From Lachnospiraceae bacterium (GTDB taxonomy: Bacteria; Bacillota; Clostridia; Lachnospirales; Lachnospiraceae), in contig JAZLHJ010000055.1 in the NCBI GenBank assembly GCA_045616785.1, positions 9,715 through 73,714 of the forward strand: a stretch of DNA of 64,000 nt. The letters run 5' to 3'. The notes below the pieces were generated by a model. It searched no databases. It was not told where the DNA came from and saw nothing but the letters and a program-made list of their open reading frames with translations. Shown in pieces: positions 19,602-28,730 of this stretch (positions are counted from its first letter, which is position 1; each line of letters starts with the position of its first letter). The translations under genes and the position numbers were made by a program.

Positions 19602-20969
19602 ATGAAACCCATCAGGTTCTATCTGGCAATGGGTGTGGGAAAGCTTGCGAGAACAACGCAGAGAATTCTCGGAATGAATGCAAGCTTCTTCCCCGGAAAA
19701 CTTGCCGTAAAGATTTGCCCGGATTTTTTAAGTCATGTGGGCACCCCCGAAAAACTGATTTGTGTTACGGGGACAAACGGAAAAACAACTGTTTCAAATC
19801 TTCTTGTGGATCTTCTTGCCGCTGAAGGTATTGATACAATTAACAATCATACCGGCTCTAATACTGTCGGCGGTGTTGCAACGGCTCTTCTTACCGGTGC
19901 GCGTTTCTCCGGAAAATGTAAGAAAGAATGGGGCGTTCTCGAAATCGACGAGAGAAGCTCTATGCATATTTACCCCAGAATAAAACCCGGGTATGTTTTG
20001 TGTACCAATCTTTTCAGGGATTCCATTTTAAGAAACGGAAGTCCTGAATATATTGCCGGAATCGTATCTGACAACATGTATGAGAAAACAAAGCTTATTC
20101 TTAATGCCGACGACCTCATAAGCGGCAGTGTTGCTCCTTCAAATGAGCGTGTTTATTATGGAATTAAGCAGATGGCAACAGATACAAAAGAATGCCGCAA
20201 TATTGTTAATGACTGCCAGATATGTCCGAAGTGCGCAACAAAGCTTGAGTATGAATATGTCAGATATCATCAGATCGGAAAGGCATATTGCCCGGGCTGC
20301 GGATTTAAGTCGCCAAAGCCGGATTATGAAGCAGAAGTACATGCTGATGAAGGCTTTATGTACATTACGGCAAAGGGTGAAACCGAGAAGTATAAGCTTG
20401 TCAATAACAGTATTTTTAATATTTACAATCAGCTTGCCGTAACATCTCTTCTTAGGGAAATGGGCCTTTCTTCGGATGCGATTCGTGATGGATTCTCAAG
20501 ACTTCACATCCCTGATTTCAGGTATACGAAATTCGAAGCAGGCGGAATGACTGTTGTAGATATGATGGCAAAAGAGCATAATCCGATTGCCTGCTCCGTT
20601 GTATTTGATTATGTGTCGCATGAACCCGGAGTTAAGGAAATACTGTTTCTTCTTGATGACGAAACTCCGAGGGAAAGCATGTGCTGGATTTATGACTGTG
20701 ATTACGAGAAGCTTAATTCTCCTCTTATTCGTCATATTGTTATCCCCGGAACAAGGTCGCTTGACCAGAAACTTCGTCTTCTTATTGCGGGTGTTCCCGA
20801 AGAGAAAATCAGTATCGGTATGGAGGATACGAAGGCTCCGTCATACCTTAATTTCGACGGCGCCGACACTGTTTTTGTTCTCCATCAGCACTGGAAGCCC
20901 GAGATGGATAAGAAGGTTGTCGGGATAATTCGCGAAATGCTTGAAGAAAGGGGAAAAAAGAATGAGTAA
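19602..20969 (+). CDS. Mur-ligase-family protein, MurT-like (lipid II isoglutaminyl synthase ligase subunit homologue)
   Basis: 455 aa. ATP P-loop VTGTNGKTT, a Cys4 ribbon CQICPKC..CPGCGF at the MurT position, and a C-terminal DUF1727-type domain with WIYDCDYEKL. The conserved LNDNAADGRD loop of MurT reads LLDDETPRES here. Confidence 0.8.
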   Translation: MKPIRFYLAMGVGKLARTTQRILGMNASFFPGKLAVKICPDFLSHVGTPEKLICVTGTNGKTTVSNLLVDLLAAEGIDTINNHTGSNTVGGVATALLTGARFSGKCKKEWGVLEIDERSSMHIYPRIKPGYVLCTNLFRDSILRNGSPEYIAGIVSDNMYEKTKLILNADDLISGSVAPSNERVYYGIKQMATDTKECRNIVNDCQICPKCATKLEYEYVRYHQIGKAYCPGCGFKSPKPDYEAEVHADEGFMYITAKGETEKYKLVNNSIFNIYNQLAVTSLLREMGLSSDAIRDGFSRLHIPDFRYTKFEAGGMTVVDMMAKEHNPIACSVVFDYVSHEPGVKEILFLLDDETPRESMCWIYDCDYEKLNSPLIRHIVIPGTRSLDQKLRLLIAGVPEEKISIGMEDTKAPSYLNFDGADTVFVLHQHWKPEMDKKVVGIIREMLEERGKKNE

Positions 20970-21684
20970 GATTATTTTGGAATCTTTTTTTCCTGAAGTA
21001 GCAAACCTGTATGGCGATAACGGAAATATGCGTTATCTGAAGCTTTGTATTCCGGATGCGGAAACTGTAATTGACAGACTGAACGAGGAGCCGTATTTCG
21101 TTAAGAATACGCCGTCATTTATTGCGATGAGCCCGATGTCCGAAAGGGCGCAGGAGCTTGTAATTGCAAGACTTTTCCCTTATAGGGAGAGAATTGCCGA
21201 GCTCATAGAAATCGGATGCATTTTCCTTATGACCGGAAATGCCATGGAAATTTTCTTTGACGAAATTCAGAATGAAGACGGTACAAGCATAAAAGGACTC
21301 GGCATTTTCCATTACGTTGCGAAGAGGAAAATGTTTGACAGATATAACAGACACTGTATGGGTGATTTCGGAGATATCCGTATCGTAGGCTACAAGAATC
21401 AGTTTACACATGCATACGGTGACAATTCGAAGGAGTTCTTTTTGAGTGTGACAAAGGGAGACGGAATTAACCGTGAGTCTCAGCTTGAAGGGATAAAGAG
21501 AAATAATTTTTTCGGAACTTATCTTCTCGGACCGATACTTATTCAGAACCCGAAATTCACCAAATATATCCTCTCGCTTCTTGACAGAAGTGACGTAAGT
21601 CTGCCGTTTGAGGAGACAATAATGGCTGCCTATGAGAGGCGCAGGGAAGAGTACGAAGAAATGGAATTCGGACTGTACAGTTAA
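20962..21684 (+). CDS. GatD-like (CobQ-type glutamine amidotransferase-like) subunit with substituted catalytic Cys and His
   Basis: The track ORF starts at TTG 20941. ATG 20962 (MSKIILESFF) follows the purine-rich RBS-like GAAAGGGGAAAAAAG (20946-20960) and overlaps murT-like by 8 nt. Collinear with S. aureus GatD as I recall it: NLYGDNGN, IVGYKNQ, GTYLxGPIL. It reads LMTGNA where GatD has ICGGYQ, and GTYLLGP where GatD has GTYLHGP. Confidence 0.75.
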   Translation: MSKIILESFFPEVANLYGDNGNMRYLKLCIPDAETVIDRLNEEPYFVKNTPSFIAMSPMSERAQELVIARLFPYRERIAELIEIGCIFLMTGNAMEIFFDEIQNEDGTSIKGLGIFHYVAKRKMFDRYNRHCMGDFGDIRIVGYKNQFTHAYGDNSKEFFLSVTKGDGINRESQLEGIKRNNFFGTYLLGPILIQNPKFTKYILSLLDRSDVSLPFEETIMAAYERRREEYEEMEFGLYS

Positions 21685-21705
21685 ATGCCAAATAAAATTT
21701 TTACA

Positions 21706-21737
21706 AAAAGCGTCTTGCAAAAAGACGCTTTTTTTCA
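21706..21737 (+). terminator. Strong intrinsic terminator ending the 12.4-21.7 kb block
   Basis: 11-bp stem AAAAGCGTCTT / AAGACGCTTTT with loop GCAAA, followed by a T-run. Confidence 0.85.
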
Positions 21738-21779
21738 TACATTAGGGATTAGTTTAATAATTTCTGCAGGAGGAAGTAA

Positions 21780-22343
21780 ATGCAGACCGGAGTGGAAAAA
21801 ATCGAAATTGTCCAGATACATGGTGATGAAAGCATTATTAATATGCCGGATGATTCCTGGCTTTGTAATTCTCATCCCGTAACTCTCAGAGTGAAAACAA
21901 CAATTTGCGGAGAGAATGCATCAGGACTTAAGGTGTCACTGAATCTTGCACCTCTTTTCTACAACGGAGCGAAGCTTCCCCGTATCGAGGTTCAGATTCT
22001 GGCAGGGCTGATTCCTGCCGGTGAGAACATGCTTGTTACCGAAATTCCGGTGAAAAATCCGAGACTTTGGTTCCCGGAAGAACTCGGAGACAGGAATATT
22101 TACGAGCTTATTGTAACCGTGAAGGAGCGTGGGGCTTTAGGCGGTGGAGAGGCGGCCAAAAAGATAAACGAGATGAAGCCGCTTTGTGAAGAAAGGTTTA
22201 ATATCGGACTGTGTAATGCTTGTGAGGTGCCGGGGGAATCGGGGAAATACCGTGTAAACGGTTATGATTTCAAACCGGATGAATCTGCTTACGAAAACTG
22301 TGATGCATTTATCAGCGAATGCGTCAGACTGCACATTTTGTGA
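21780..22343 (+). CDS. Small protein resembling an internal fragment of a GH2 glycosidase (beta-sandwich region only); possible gene relic
   Basis: 187 aa with a good RBS (AGGAGG 7 nt upstream). VKNPRLWFPEELGDRNIYELIVTV and ERFNIGL..YRVNGYDFKP resemble the NPxLW..G.PxLY and FGxR..xxNG segments that precede the catalytic TIM barrel in GH2 enzymes. No barrel or catalytic Glu region follows. Confidence 0.45.
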   Translation: MQTGVEKIEIVQIHGDESIINMPDDSWLCNSHPVTLRVKTTICGENASGLKVSLNLAPLFYNGAKLPRIEVQILAGLIPAGENMLVTEIPVKNPRLWFPEELGDRNIYELIVTVKERGALGGGEAAKKINEMKPLCEERFNIGLCNACEVPGESGKYRVNGYDFKPDESAYENCDAFISECVRLHIL

Positions 22344-22354
22344 AGGAGAAGAAA

Positions 22355-24580
22355 ATGGGAATCAGTTACTTTGAGAAAGAGCGAATTTTCAAGCTCGATA
22401 CCAAGAATTCGAGCTATGTGATGGGCGTTGTCGACAAGGAAAATTTCCTTGGACATGTATACTTTGGCAAGAGAATAGAAAGCGCGGATGTGGCGTATCT
22501 CATGAGAATTTATGAGCCGCCTTTTGTTCCGAGCACAAATGACAGAGACAGACTGTCTTTCCTTGATGCGTTTCCGATGGAGTTCCCGACACACGGCCTG
22601 GGAGATTTCAGAAATGATGCAATAAGCGTTAAGACAAAGGGCGGTCATACAGCACTTTCGCTTTCCGTAAAAAGTCATGAAATTTATAAAGGCAAAAAAG
22701 GCATTGCCGGACTTCCCGCAACATTCGGAAGTGAAGACGAATGCGAAAGCCTTGAGATAACACTTGCCGATGAACTTGTAGGAATTGAAGTCGTTCTTAC
22801 CTACTCCGTGTTTGAGGATTGTGACGCTGTAACAAGATCTGTCAAGGTTCGTAACTGCGGGAAGGATTCTTTTTTCCTGACAAAGGTTATGACGCTGTCA
22901 TTTGATATGGACAACGAAGACTATGACATTCTGACTCTTCACGGCTCATGGGCGCGTGAACGTCACATTAACAGGAGAAGACTTGCACCGGGATATCAGG
23001 GAGTTTCTTCGCTTCGCGGTGAAACCAGTCACCAGGAGCATTCATTCCTTGCACTTATGTCACATGGCGCCGATGAGGATAGCGGAGATGTATATGGCTT
23101 TTCATTCATCTATTCCGGAAATTTTGTTGCCGGTGTAAATGTAAATCAGTTTGATAACCTGAGAACTCTTGTCGGAATTAATCCCGAGGACTTTACGTGG
23201 AAGCTTTCGGAAGGTGAAGAGTTCCTTGCTCCCGAAGGAGTTATGGTTTACTCCGGTGAAGGAATCGGAAATATGACAAGGTCCTTCCATGACCTTTTCA
23301 GAAATCACCTGATAAGAGGTGAGTACAAGGACAGGAAGCGTCCGATTCTGATTAACAACTGGGAAGCGACTTATTTTGACTTTAATACCGAGAAGCTTAT
23401 CGGAATTGCCAAAGAAGCTTCAAAGCTCGGAATTGAAATGCTTGTTATGGATGATGGCTGGTTCGGTCACAGAAATGATGACAATTCCTCGCTCGGAGAC
23501 TGGTTTGTTAATGAATCAAAGCTTCAGGGCGGACTTTCGCATCTTGTATTCGAGGTTAACAAGCTCGGAATGAAATTCGGAATCTGGTTCGAACCTGAAA
23601 TGATTTCTCCCGACTCGAAATTATACGAAGCGCATCCCGACTGGGCGATTGCTATTCCCGGAAGAAGAGCAGGTCTTTGCCGTAACCAGTATGTACTTGA
23701 TTTATCACGTGATGAAGTTGTTGACTACACCTTCGGACAGCTTTCGAAAATTCTCGAAAGTGCGAATATCGAATATGTGAAGTGGGACATGAACAGACAG
23801 CTTGCCGACCTCGGAAGCATCTCTCTTCCCTCTGACAGGCAGGGAGAACTTTTCCACAGATACGTTCTGGGAGTATACAGACTGCAGGAAATGCTTATTA
23901 CGAAATTCCCGCACCTTCTCCTCGAGAACTGCTCCGGCGGCGGTGCAAGATATGATGCCGGAATGTTATATTACAGTCCGCAGATATGGTGCTCTGATGA
24001 TACCGATGCTGTCGAGAGACTTGAAATCCAGGAAGGCACTTCGCTTGTATTCCCGTTATCATCAATGGGGGCGCATGTAAGTGACTGCCCGAACCATACA
24101 GTCGGAAGGGTAACTCCTTTTGAAACAAGAGGATATGTTGCACTTGCCGGAACCTTTGGCTACGAGCTTGATGTAACGCGCATTCCCGAAAACGACAGAA
24201 ATCTTATTCCCGGTCAGATCAAAATGTATCACAAATACAATGACCTTGTGAGACTCGGTGATTATTACAGAATTGCTTCCTACAGCAAGAATCATGAATT
24301 TGATGCCTACATGACTGTTTCAAAAGACAAGAGTGAAGCTCTCTTTACTTTTGTCCAGGTTCTTAACAGACCCAATCAGCATTCACGCAAAGTAAAATTC
24401 AAAGGTCTTAACCCTTCTTCGTCTTACCGGCTCACCTATGTTGACGATAAGTTTGACTCATCAAAGGGCGAGATTCAGGACCGTGTTGTAAAGGGCGATG
24501 TTCTCATGAACTGCGGTCTTCTCATCGCAAACCCCTGGGGTGACTTTACCGGAAAGCTCATCTACCTTCAGGAAGTGTAA
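22355..24580 (+). CDS. Alpha-galactosidase, GH36
   Basis: The track ORF starts at 22319, but GAAGGAG precedes the in-frame ATG at 22355 (MGISYFEKE). GH36 motifs present: KWDMNR (nucleophile Asp), CSGGGARYD, WCSDDTDAVERL (acid/base). Confidence 0.93.
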   Translation: MGISYFEKERIFKLDTKNSSYVMGVVDKENFLGHVYFGKRIESADVAYLMRIYEPPFVPSTNDRDRLSFLDAFPMEFPTHGLGDFRNDAISVKTKGGHTALSLSVKSHEIYKGKKGIAGLPATFGSEDECESLEITLADELVGIEVVLTYSVFEDCDAVTRSVKVRNCGKDSFFLTKVMTLSFDMDNEDYDILTLHGSWARERHINRRRLAPGYQGVSSLRGETSHQEHSFLALMSHGADEDSGDVYGFSFIYSGNFVAGVNVNQFDNLRTLVGINPEDFTWKLSEGEEFLAPEGVMVYSGEGIGNMTRSFHDLFRNHLIRGEYKDRKRPILINNWEATYFDFNTEKLIGIAKEASKLGIEMLVMDDGWFGHRNDDNSSLGDWFVNESKLQGGLSHLVFEVNKLGMKFGIWFEPEMISPDSKLYEAHPDWAIAIPGRRAGLCRNQYVLDLSRDEVVDYTFGQLSKILESANIEYVKWDMNRQLADLGSISLPSDRQGELFHRYVLGVYRLQEMLITKFPHLLLENCSGGGARYDAGMLYYSPQIWCSDDTDAVERLEIQEGTSLVFPLSSMGAHVSDCPNHTVGRVTPFETRGYVALAGTFGYELDVTRIPENDRNLIPGQIKMYHKYNDLVRLGDYYRIASYSKNHEFDAYMTVSKDKSEALFTFVQVLNRPNQHSRKVKFKGLNPSSSYRLTYVDDKFDSSKGEIQDRVVKGDVLMNCGLLIANPWGDFTGKLIYLQEV

Positions 24581-24614
24581 AACCATATTCGGCAGAAATC
24601 ACAAACAGAATTCA

Positions 24615-24655
24615 GACAGGACCCCATTCCGCTATAGGACGGGGTCCTGTCTTTA
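24615..24655 (+). terminator. Intrinsic terminator after the GH36 gene
   Basis: 11-bp GC-rich stem GACAGGACCCC / GGGGTCCTGTC with a 15-nt loop, followed by TTTAT. Confidence 0.65.
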
Positions 24656-24662
24656 TGTGGCG

Positions 24663-24758
24663 CGTTCGCGGAGCTGCCGGTGAATAATCACATCTTTTTT
24701 CGGCTCGCGAACGTATGCCACCACCCTACAGAAAAACAGAGTTTGAGTATCGCGAACG
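24663..24758. promoter_or_regulatory. Three copies of a TCGCGAACG-type motif (one inverted), candidate operator set or RNA structure
   Basis: CGTTCGCGg at 24663-24671 (inverted, 8/9), TCGCGAACG at 24705-24713 and TCGCGAACG at 24750-24758 (45-nt spacing). This is a locally GC-rich island in an otherwise AT-rich intergenic region upstream of the epimerase operon. Confidence 0.3.
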
Positions 24759-24792
24759 AGAATTGTCTCTCCCACATGTGAAAAAAATACAC

Positions 24793-24822
24793 TTGACGGA
24801 AACGGAAAATGTGTGGCAATAT
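24793..24822 (+). promoter_or_regulatory. Promoter candidate for the epimerase-GH130-esterase operon
   Basis: -35 TTGACG (24793-24798), 18-nt spacer, extended -10 TGgCAATAT (24814-24822). Located 40 nt upstream of ATG 24863. Confidence 0.4.
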
Positions 24823-24862
24823 AAACGACAAAAATGGTTATACACTTTGGAGGGTGTTATTT

Positions 24863-26047
24863 ATGGGAATGTTAAGTGAAGTTAAGGAGAACCTTACAGG
24901 TAACATTATCCCCTTCTGGAAAGGACTGCGGGATAATGAACATGGCGGGTACTACGGGTATCTCAGCTATGATCTTGAGCTTGACAAAAAGGCGGTTAAG
25001 GGCTGCATTCTTAACAGCAGAATCACATGGTTTTTTGCAAATGCCTACAGTCTTCTGCATGACGAAAGTCTTCTGGATGAGGCAAGACACGGGTATGAGT
25101 TCCTGAGGGATTACTGTTATGACAAGGAAAACGGCGGAGTATACTGGTCGATGACCTATGACGGAAAACCGGAGGATACGACAAAGCATACCTACAATCA
25201 GGCGTTTGCTGTGTACGCACTTTCTTCGTACTACGAGGCAAGCGGCGACAAGGAAGCACTTGAACTTGCTTATAAGCTTTTTGATGTGATTGAGTCAAAA
25301 TGCACGGACGACATCGGATATCTTGAAGCTTTTGATGTGAATTTCAAACCGGCTTCAAACGAGAAGCTTTCCGAGAACGGAGTTATGGCTGCCAAGACGA
25401 TGAATACACTTCTTCATGTTTTCGAAGGATATTCCGAACTGTACAGGGTAGACCATAATGAGAAAGTCGGAAAGAGACTTGAGTTTATCATGGATACTTT
25501 TGCAGACAAGGTTTACAATCCTGAGCTTCACAGACAGGAAGTTTTCTTTGACGAGAACTATAACACGATAATCGATTTGTATTCCTACGGACATGACATC
25601 GAGACTGCATGGCTTGTTGACAGGGGGACAGAGATTCTCGGGAAAAAAGAATACATCGAGAAGATGGGAAAAATCACCGGGGACCTCACTGCCAACGTGT
25701 ACAAGGTTGCCTTTAACGGAGAAGCTCTTAACAATGAATGCGATAAGGGCGTTGTTAATACAACAAGAGTATGGTGGGTACAGGCCGAGACTGTTCTCGG
25801 ATTTCTGAACGGTTATGAGAAGTCTCCCGAGATAAAAGAGTATCTCGAAGCAGCAAAGAATGAATGGAACTACATAAAGACGCACATTATTGACAAACGT
25901 CCGGGCTCCGAATGGCTTTCCGAAGTCGATATCGATAATAATCCGACAAGCAGAAAACCTATTGTTGAACCATGGAAGTGTCCTTACCACAACGGAAGAA
26001 TGTGCCTTGAAGTAATAAAACGTGCAACCAGAATAAATCTTGACTAA
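24863..26047 (+). CDS. Cellobiose/mannobiose 2-epimerase (N-acylglucosamine 2-epimerase superfamily)
   Basis: The track ORF starts at 24809, but GGAGGG (24849-24854) precedes the in-frame ATG at 24863. The N-terminus [49 protein letters not shown] closely matches the Ruminococcus albus cellobiose 2-epimerase N-terminus as I remember it. Confidence 0.88.
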   Translation: MGMLSEVKENLTGNIIPFWKGLRDNEHGGYYGYLSYDLELDKKAVKGCILNSRITWFFANAYSLLHDESLLDEARHGYEFLRDYCYDKENGGVYWSMTYDGKPEDTTKHTYNQAFAVYALSSYYEASGDKEALELAYKLFDVIESKCTDDIGYLEAFDVNFKPASNEKLSENGVMAAKTMNTLLHVFEGYSELYRVDHNEKVGKRLEFIMDTFADKVYNPELHRQEVFFDENYNTIIDLYSYGHDIETAWLVDRGTEILGKKEYIEKMGKITGDLTANVYKVAFNGEALNNECDKGVVNTTRVWWVQAETVLGFLNGYEKSPEIKEYLEAAKNEWNYIKTHIIDKRPGSEWLSEVDIDNNPTSRKPIVEPWKCPYHNGRMCLEVIKRATRINLD

Positions 26048-26061
26048 ACAGGAGGAGAGAA

Positions 26062-27234
26062 ATGTTACATCCGCAGTACTATGTTGAGCAGGCAAAGCTT
26101 GACAGACTTTATGCCAGAAAAAATGTGAAATCCAGCTTTTATAACGGAATCTATGACAGATATCAGTTTCCGGTTCTTACAAGAGAGCATATTCCGCTCA
26201 GCTGGAAATACGATCTTAACCCCGAGACAAATCCGTACTTCATGGAGAGACTCGGAGTAAATGCAGTAATGAATTCCGGTGCGATATACTTAAACGGCAA
26301 ATATTATCTTGTTGCAAGAATCGAAGGTGCTGACAGAAAGAGTTTCTTTGGTGTTGCAGAAAGTGACAACGGAATTGACGGCTTTAAGTTCTGGGATTAC
26401 CCGATTCTTCTTGATGATACCTGCCCTGAAGAGACAAATGTTTATGACATGAGACTTACACAGCATGAGGACGGATACATCTACGGTGTATTCTGCTCAG
26501 AGAGCAAGGATAAGACAAACCCGGATCTTTCTGCAGCAGTTGCGGCAGCGGGAATTGTCAGAACAAAGGACCTTAAGACCTGGGAGAGACTTGATAACCT
26601 TAAAACTCTTAATTCTCCCCAGCAGAGAAATGTTGTTCTTCATCCTGAATTCATCAACGGCAAGTATGCATTTTATACAAGACCGATGGATGATTTCATT
26701 GATACAGGTTCAGGCGGCGGAATCGGCTTTGGTCTTTGCGATGATATCTGCCATGCTGTTATTGGCGAGGAGATTATTACTTCAAAGAGACGTTATCATT
26801 TCATTACCGAAGCCAAAAACGGTGCAGGTGCTGTTCCGATAAAGACACCTAAGGGCTGGATTCATATTGCGCACGGCGTACGTAATACTGCAGCCGGCCT
26901 TCGCTATGTAATCTATGCTTTTGCAACTGACTTAAACGATCCTTCCAAAGTTATCGCAGAGCCTTCGGGGCTGCTTATCGGACCCCGCGGCGCTGAAAGA
27001 GTCGGCGATGTAAGCAATGTTGTATTCACAAACGGCGCAATTGCAAGAGATAACGGCGATGTATATATTTACTATGCATCAAGCGATACAAGAATGCATG
27101 TTGCAACCACAACAATTGACAAGCTTATGGACTATGTGTTTAACACACCCGAGGATCCCGGACGCTCTGTGCTCTGCGTTTCACAGAGATGCGACCTCAT
27201 AAAGAGGAATATGGAATTCCTTTCGAAGCAATGA
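26062..27234 (+). CDS. GH130 4-O-beta-D-mannosyl-D-glucose phosphorylase type
   Basis: 390 aa. Long collinear similarity to the remembered Bacteroides fragilis MGP sequence ([84 protein letters not shown]). Confidence 0.9.
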   Translation: MLHPQYYVEQAKLDRLYARKNVKSSFYNGIYDRYQFPVLTREHIPLSWKYDLNPETNPYFMERLGVNAVMNSGAIYLNGKYYLVARIEGADRKSFFGVAESDNGIDGFKFWDYPILLDDTCPEETNVYDMRLTQHEDGYIYGVFCSESKDKTNPDLSAAVAAAGIVRTKDLKTWERLDNLKTLNSPQQRNVVLHPEFINGKYAFYTRPMDDFIDTGSGGGIGFGLCDDICHAVIGEEIITSKRRYHFITEAKNGAGAVPIKTPKGWIHIAHGVRNTAAGLRYVIYAFATDLNDPSKVIAEPSGLLIGPRGAERVGDVSNVVFTNGAIARDNGDVYIYYASSDTRMHVATTTIDKLMDYVFNTPEDPGRSVLCVSQRCDLIKRNMEFLSKQ

Positions 27235-28508
27235 GAAAAAAAGTAATCCCGATTTTATTATCGCTCGTCCTTCTTACCTCATGCGCAAGCGCAAATACCG
27301 AAATACCTGCAGAGCCTGCCGAAATTACAGAGGCTCCCGCTGAAATAGGAACAGAAGATATGACAGAAAAGAAAACTGTGGCAGCGCCGCTTACGGATTA
27401 TGTATCCGAAGAGGGTTTTGCCGAGGCAGACAAATGGGGAAGCTGCGACGATACAAATCTGGCCTGCGTTATGCGAAAGGCAGAAAGCGGAGAGAAGGTT
27501 ACTGTTGCGGTCATCGGTGGTTCTATTACGCAGGGAACCATATCGAATGGCGGGAAAGACAGTGAAGTTCCGTTTAAGAAGTGTTATGCGGATTTATTTT
27601 TCGAGTGGTGGAAAGATACTTTTCCGAATGCGGAGTTTGAATTTGTCAATGCGGGAATCGGAGCAACAGATTCGTACCTTGGCGTTCACCGCGTAGGAGA
27701 AGATGTCCTTAAGTACAAGCCGGATCTTGTGCTGGTTGAATTCTCGGTAAATGATGATGGTTCATCAAACTGTAAAACAAACTATGACAATCTTGTGAGA
27801 AGAATTGCCAAAAGTGAAAGCGCACCTGCGATTATGCTGCTCTTTATGGGACAGACAAACGGTTCAAATGCCCAGAATCAGCATCAGATTGTCGGATTTA
27901 AGTATGAACTCCCGATGATAAGCTATGCAAATTACATTTCCTACGCCATGGCAAACGGAGATTTTGATGCAAAAGAGCTTTCCGGGGATGTTACTCATCC
28001 TTCGGCACTGGGACATGCGATAACAGGCGAACTTCTCTGGAAGTACATGAATAACGTTTACGAAAATCTTGACAGCTTCGGGGAAAAGAAGCCGTTTGAT
28101 TATGACAGCGTATGCGCCGAGATATATCTTGACAGCAAAATACTTGATTCAACAAGTCTTAACGTAACAGACCTCGGAACTTTTGAAGAGTCCTCTGTTT
28201 TTAACATCTATCCGTACAATTTCACCTGCAAAGACGGCGACGGAGGTCTTACCTTCGAAGTCGAAGCATCAAGAATCGGAATTATGTTCTATCGTACAAC
28301 CGATTCAAAGAGCGGACAGTTTGAAGTGTATGTTGACGGTGAGATGCAGACAAGCCTGAACGGAGATTTTACCGGTGGCTGGGGAAATTATGCCGAATGC
28401 CGAAGCGTATATTCCGGAGATGCCGGACTTCATACGGTTGAAATTCGTAAAGCAGATAACTCTGAAGGGGACGTGTTCAGTATTTTGGGTGTGCTTGTTT
28501 CTGAGTAA
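27231..28508 (+). CDS. SGNH/GDSL-type esterase lipoprotein with C-terminal beta-sandwich domain (putative acetyl-mannan esterase)
   Basis: The track ORF starts at 27189. ATG 27231 gives a lipoprotein signal, [22 protein letters not shown] blocks present: [35 protein letters not shown]. The ATG overlaps the GH130 stop (ATGA). Confidence 0.8.
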   Translation: MRKKVIPILLSLVLLTSCASANTEIPAEPAEITEAPAEIGTEDMTEKKTVAAPLTDYVSEEGFAEADKWGSCDDTNLACVMRKAESGEKVTVAVIGGSITQGTISNGGKDSEVPFKKCYADLFFEWWKDTFPNAEFEFVNAGIGATDSYLGVHRVGEDVLKYKPDLVLVEFSVNDDGSSNCKTNYDNLVRRIAKSESAPAIMLLFMGQTNGSNAQNQHQIVGFKYELPMISYANYISYAMANGDFDAKELSGDVTHPSALGHAITGELLWKYMNNVYENLDSFGEKKPFDYDSVCAEIYLDSKILDSTSLNVTDLGTFEESSVFNIYPYNFTCKDGDGGLTFEVEASRIGIMFYRTTDSKSGQFEVYVDGEMQTSLNGDFTGGWGNYAECRSVYSGDAGLHTVEIRKADNSEGDVFSILGVLVSE

Positions 28509-28524
28509 CACCATCAACTTAACA

Positions 28525-28570
28525 AAAGAGTCGTTAACTTTTTTAGTTAACGGCTCTTTTTGTTTTTTGT
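28525..28570 (+). terminator. Intrinsic terminator after the esterase gene
   Basis: 15-bp stem AAAGAGTCGTTAACT / AGTTAACGGCTCTTT (one G-U pair), TTTTT loop, then TTGTTTTTTG. Confidence 0.8.
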
Positions 28571-28682
28571 GTAATATGGGCTTGTTAATTGTTACCTAAC
28601 AGGGAGTTGTAACAAGTGTTAAAAAAGACGTTCGTTAATTTGTGCAAGATTTACAAAAATGCTCTGAACGCACCGAAAATGC

Positions 28683-28711
28683 TTGTAAAAAAGTGTGTAG
28701 ACGTGTACTAT
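28683..28711 (+). promoter_or_regulatory. Promoter candidate for the GH26/ABC operon
   Basis: -35 TTGTAA (28683-28688), 17-nt spacer, -10 TACTAT (28706-28711). Motif match only, in a 340-nt AT-rich intergenic region. Confidence 0.3.
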
Positions 28712-28730
28712 AGGAGTGTGCATATTTATG

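Noticed and set aside
21685-21882. 65-aa ORF starting right after the gatD-like stop
   Set aside because: It runs through the strong terminator hairpin at 21706-21737 and overlaps the better-supported 21780 ORF in another frame.
25355-26095. 246-aa minus-strand ORF antisense to the epimerase gene
   Set aside because: The sense frame matches the cellobiose 2-epimerase family along its length. The antisense product has no motifs.
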